Made by a program: the position numbers and the translations under genes. Below the pieces are notes generated by a model, which saw only the letters and a list, made by a program, of their open reading frames with translations, was not told where the DNA came from and searched no databases. From Balanoglossus misakiensis (taxonomy: Eukaryota; Animalia; Hemichordata): a stretch of DNA of 64,000 bases. Positions 63,542 through 64,000 of this stretch are shown here, in pieces (within the stretch, counting starts at the first letter, position 1; every line of letters starts with the position of its first letter). The stretch spans positions 12,307,337 to 12,371,336 of the forward strand of contig CM082586.2 in the NCBI GenBank assembly GCA_040954595.2. Direction: 5' to 3'.

Positions 63542-63788
63542 CTCTCAGCAATCAGGGTGCATTGAAAGGCCTTGATTGGTGTGATATTCACAATTGATTA
63601 TTATATATACTTACAGTTGTATACTGTTTTATTTTGTAAATATTGTGTACATTTGCAGCAATGAATCCGTGCGAACACAAACCTTAACCCATGCCGGAAT
63701 GCTGGTACTTGCCAAGCAATCCAGGGATCTTGTACAGGCGTCACATGTCAATGTGCTGGCTGCTACCTGGGTTTCACATGTGAAACAC
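59206..63788 (+). pseudogene. Second copy of the Cys-rich exons (59206-59438, 59909-60039, 60295-60428, 60822-61019, 61245-61341, 62640-62856) plus EGF exon 63659-63788
   Basis: Mostly the same lesions as copy 1; the EGF exon is frameshifted and its donor is mutated to CTGAGT. Confidence 0.8.
61804..62151. mobile_element. T2/Kolobok-like MITE
   Basis: (G)TAA|AGGGACAAAGTCTCTCTC ... GAGAGAGACTTTGTCCCT|TTAA with TIR of about 65 bp; isolated right ends also at about 33591-33634 and 35107-35147. Confidence 0.75.
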
Positions 63789-64000
63789 CTGAGTACAGTA
63801 CTTTGTCATTTATTAAAAAATCTAAGTGCTGAGGTACATTGTAGTAATAATAGCAGGTGTAGTCATTATCATCATCTTCATCATCATCATCTTTAAGTCA
63901 GTCATATGATCGGTAATAAAAACAGTAAAATCACCAGTATAAAAACATAACAGAGAAATAATGAACGTGTACTGGTGTTACCATAGGTAAGTGTTGTATA

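Overview
Eukaryotic, AT-rich, repeat-dense DNA; a marine invertebrate is inferred from the TE repertoire and exon types. No intact host gene is visible. The window is a nested tandem array of segmental duplications (about 2.07-17.56 kb / 17.56-37.95 kb, 39.1-48.4 / 59.2-63.5 kb, and a more diverged paralog at about 50-56.4 kb). These carry decayed exons of a Cys-rich/EGF-repeat gene whose EGF modules have an unusual 8-Cys pattern. Mobile elements include: two different Ngaro-type tyrosine-recombinase retrotransposons (one in two copies), a Mag-type Gypsy LTR fragment (x3), a Tc1 pseudogene, KolobokP-like remnants (His-Me nuclease plus convergent transposase), L2 and L1/Tx1 LINE fragments, HINE/Helentron-like elements with internal satellites, and many MITEs. 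Main observation: both Ngaro families show the same retrovirus-like expression logic. The gag stop is in frame with an RT ORF that has no ATG at its N-terminus (TAG-G; TGA-CTA). A phase-1 splice donor inside gag pairs with a phase-1 acceptor just before a recombinase ORF that also has no N-terminal ATG, predicting a Gag(N)-recombinase fusion. Everything was read by eye; family names come from motif recognition, not database searches.
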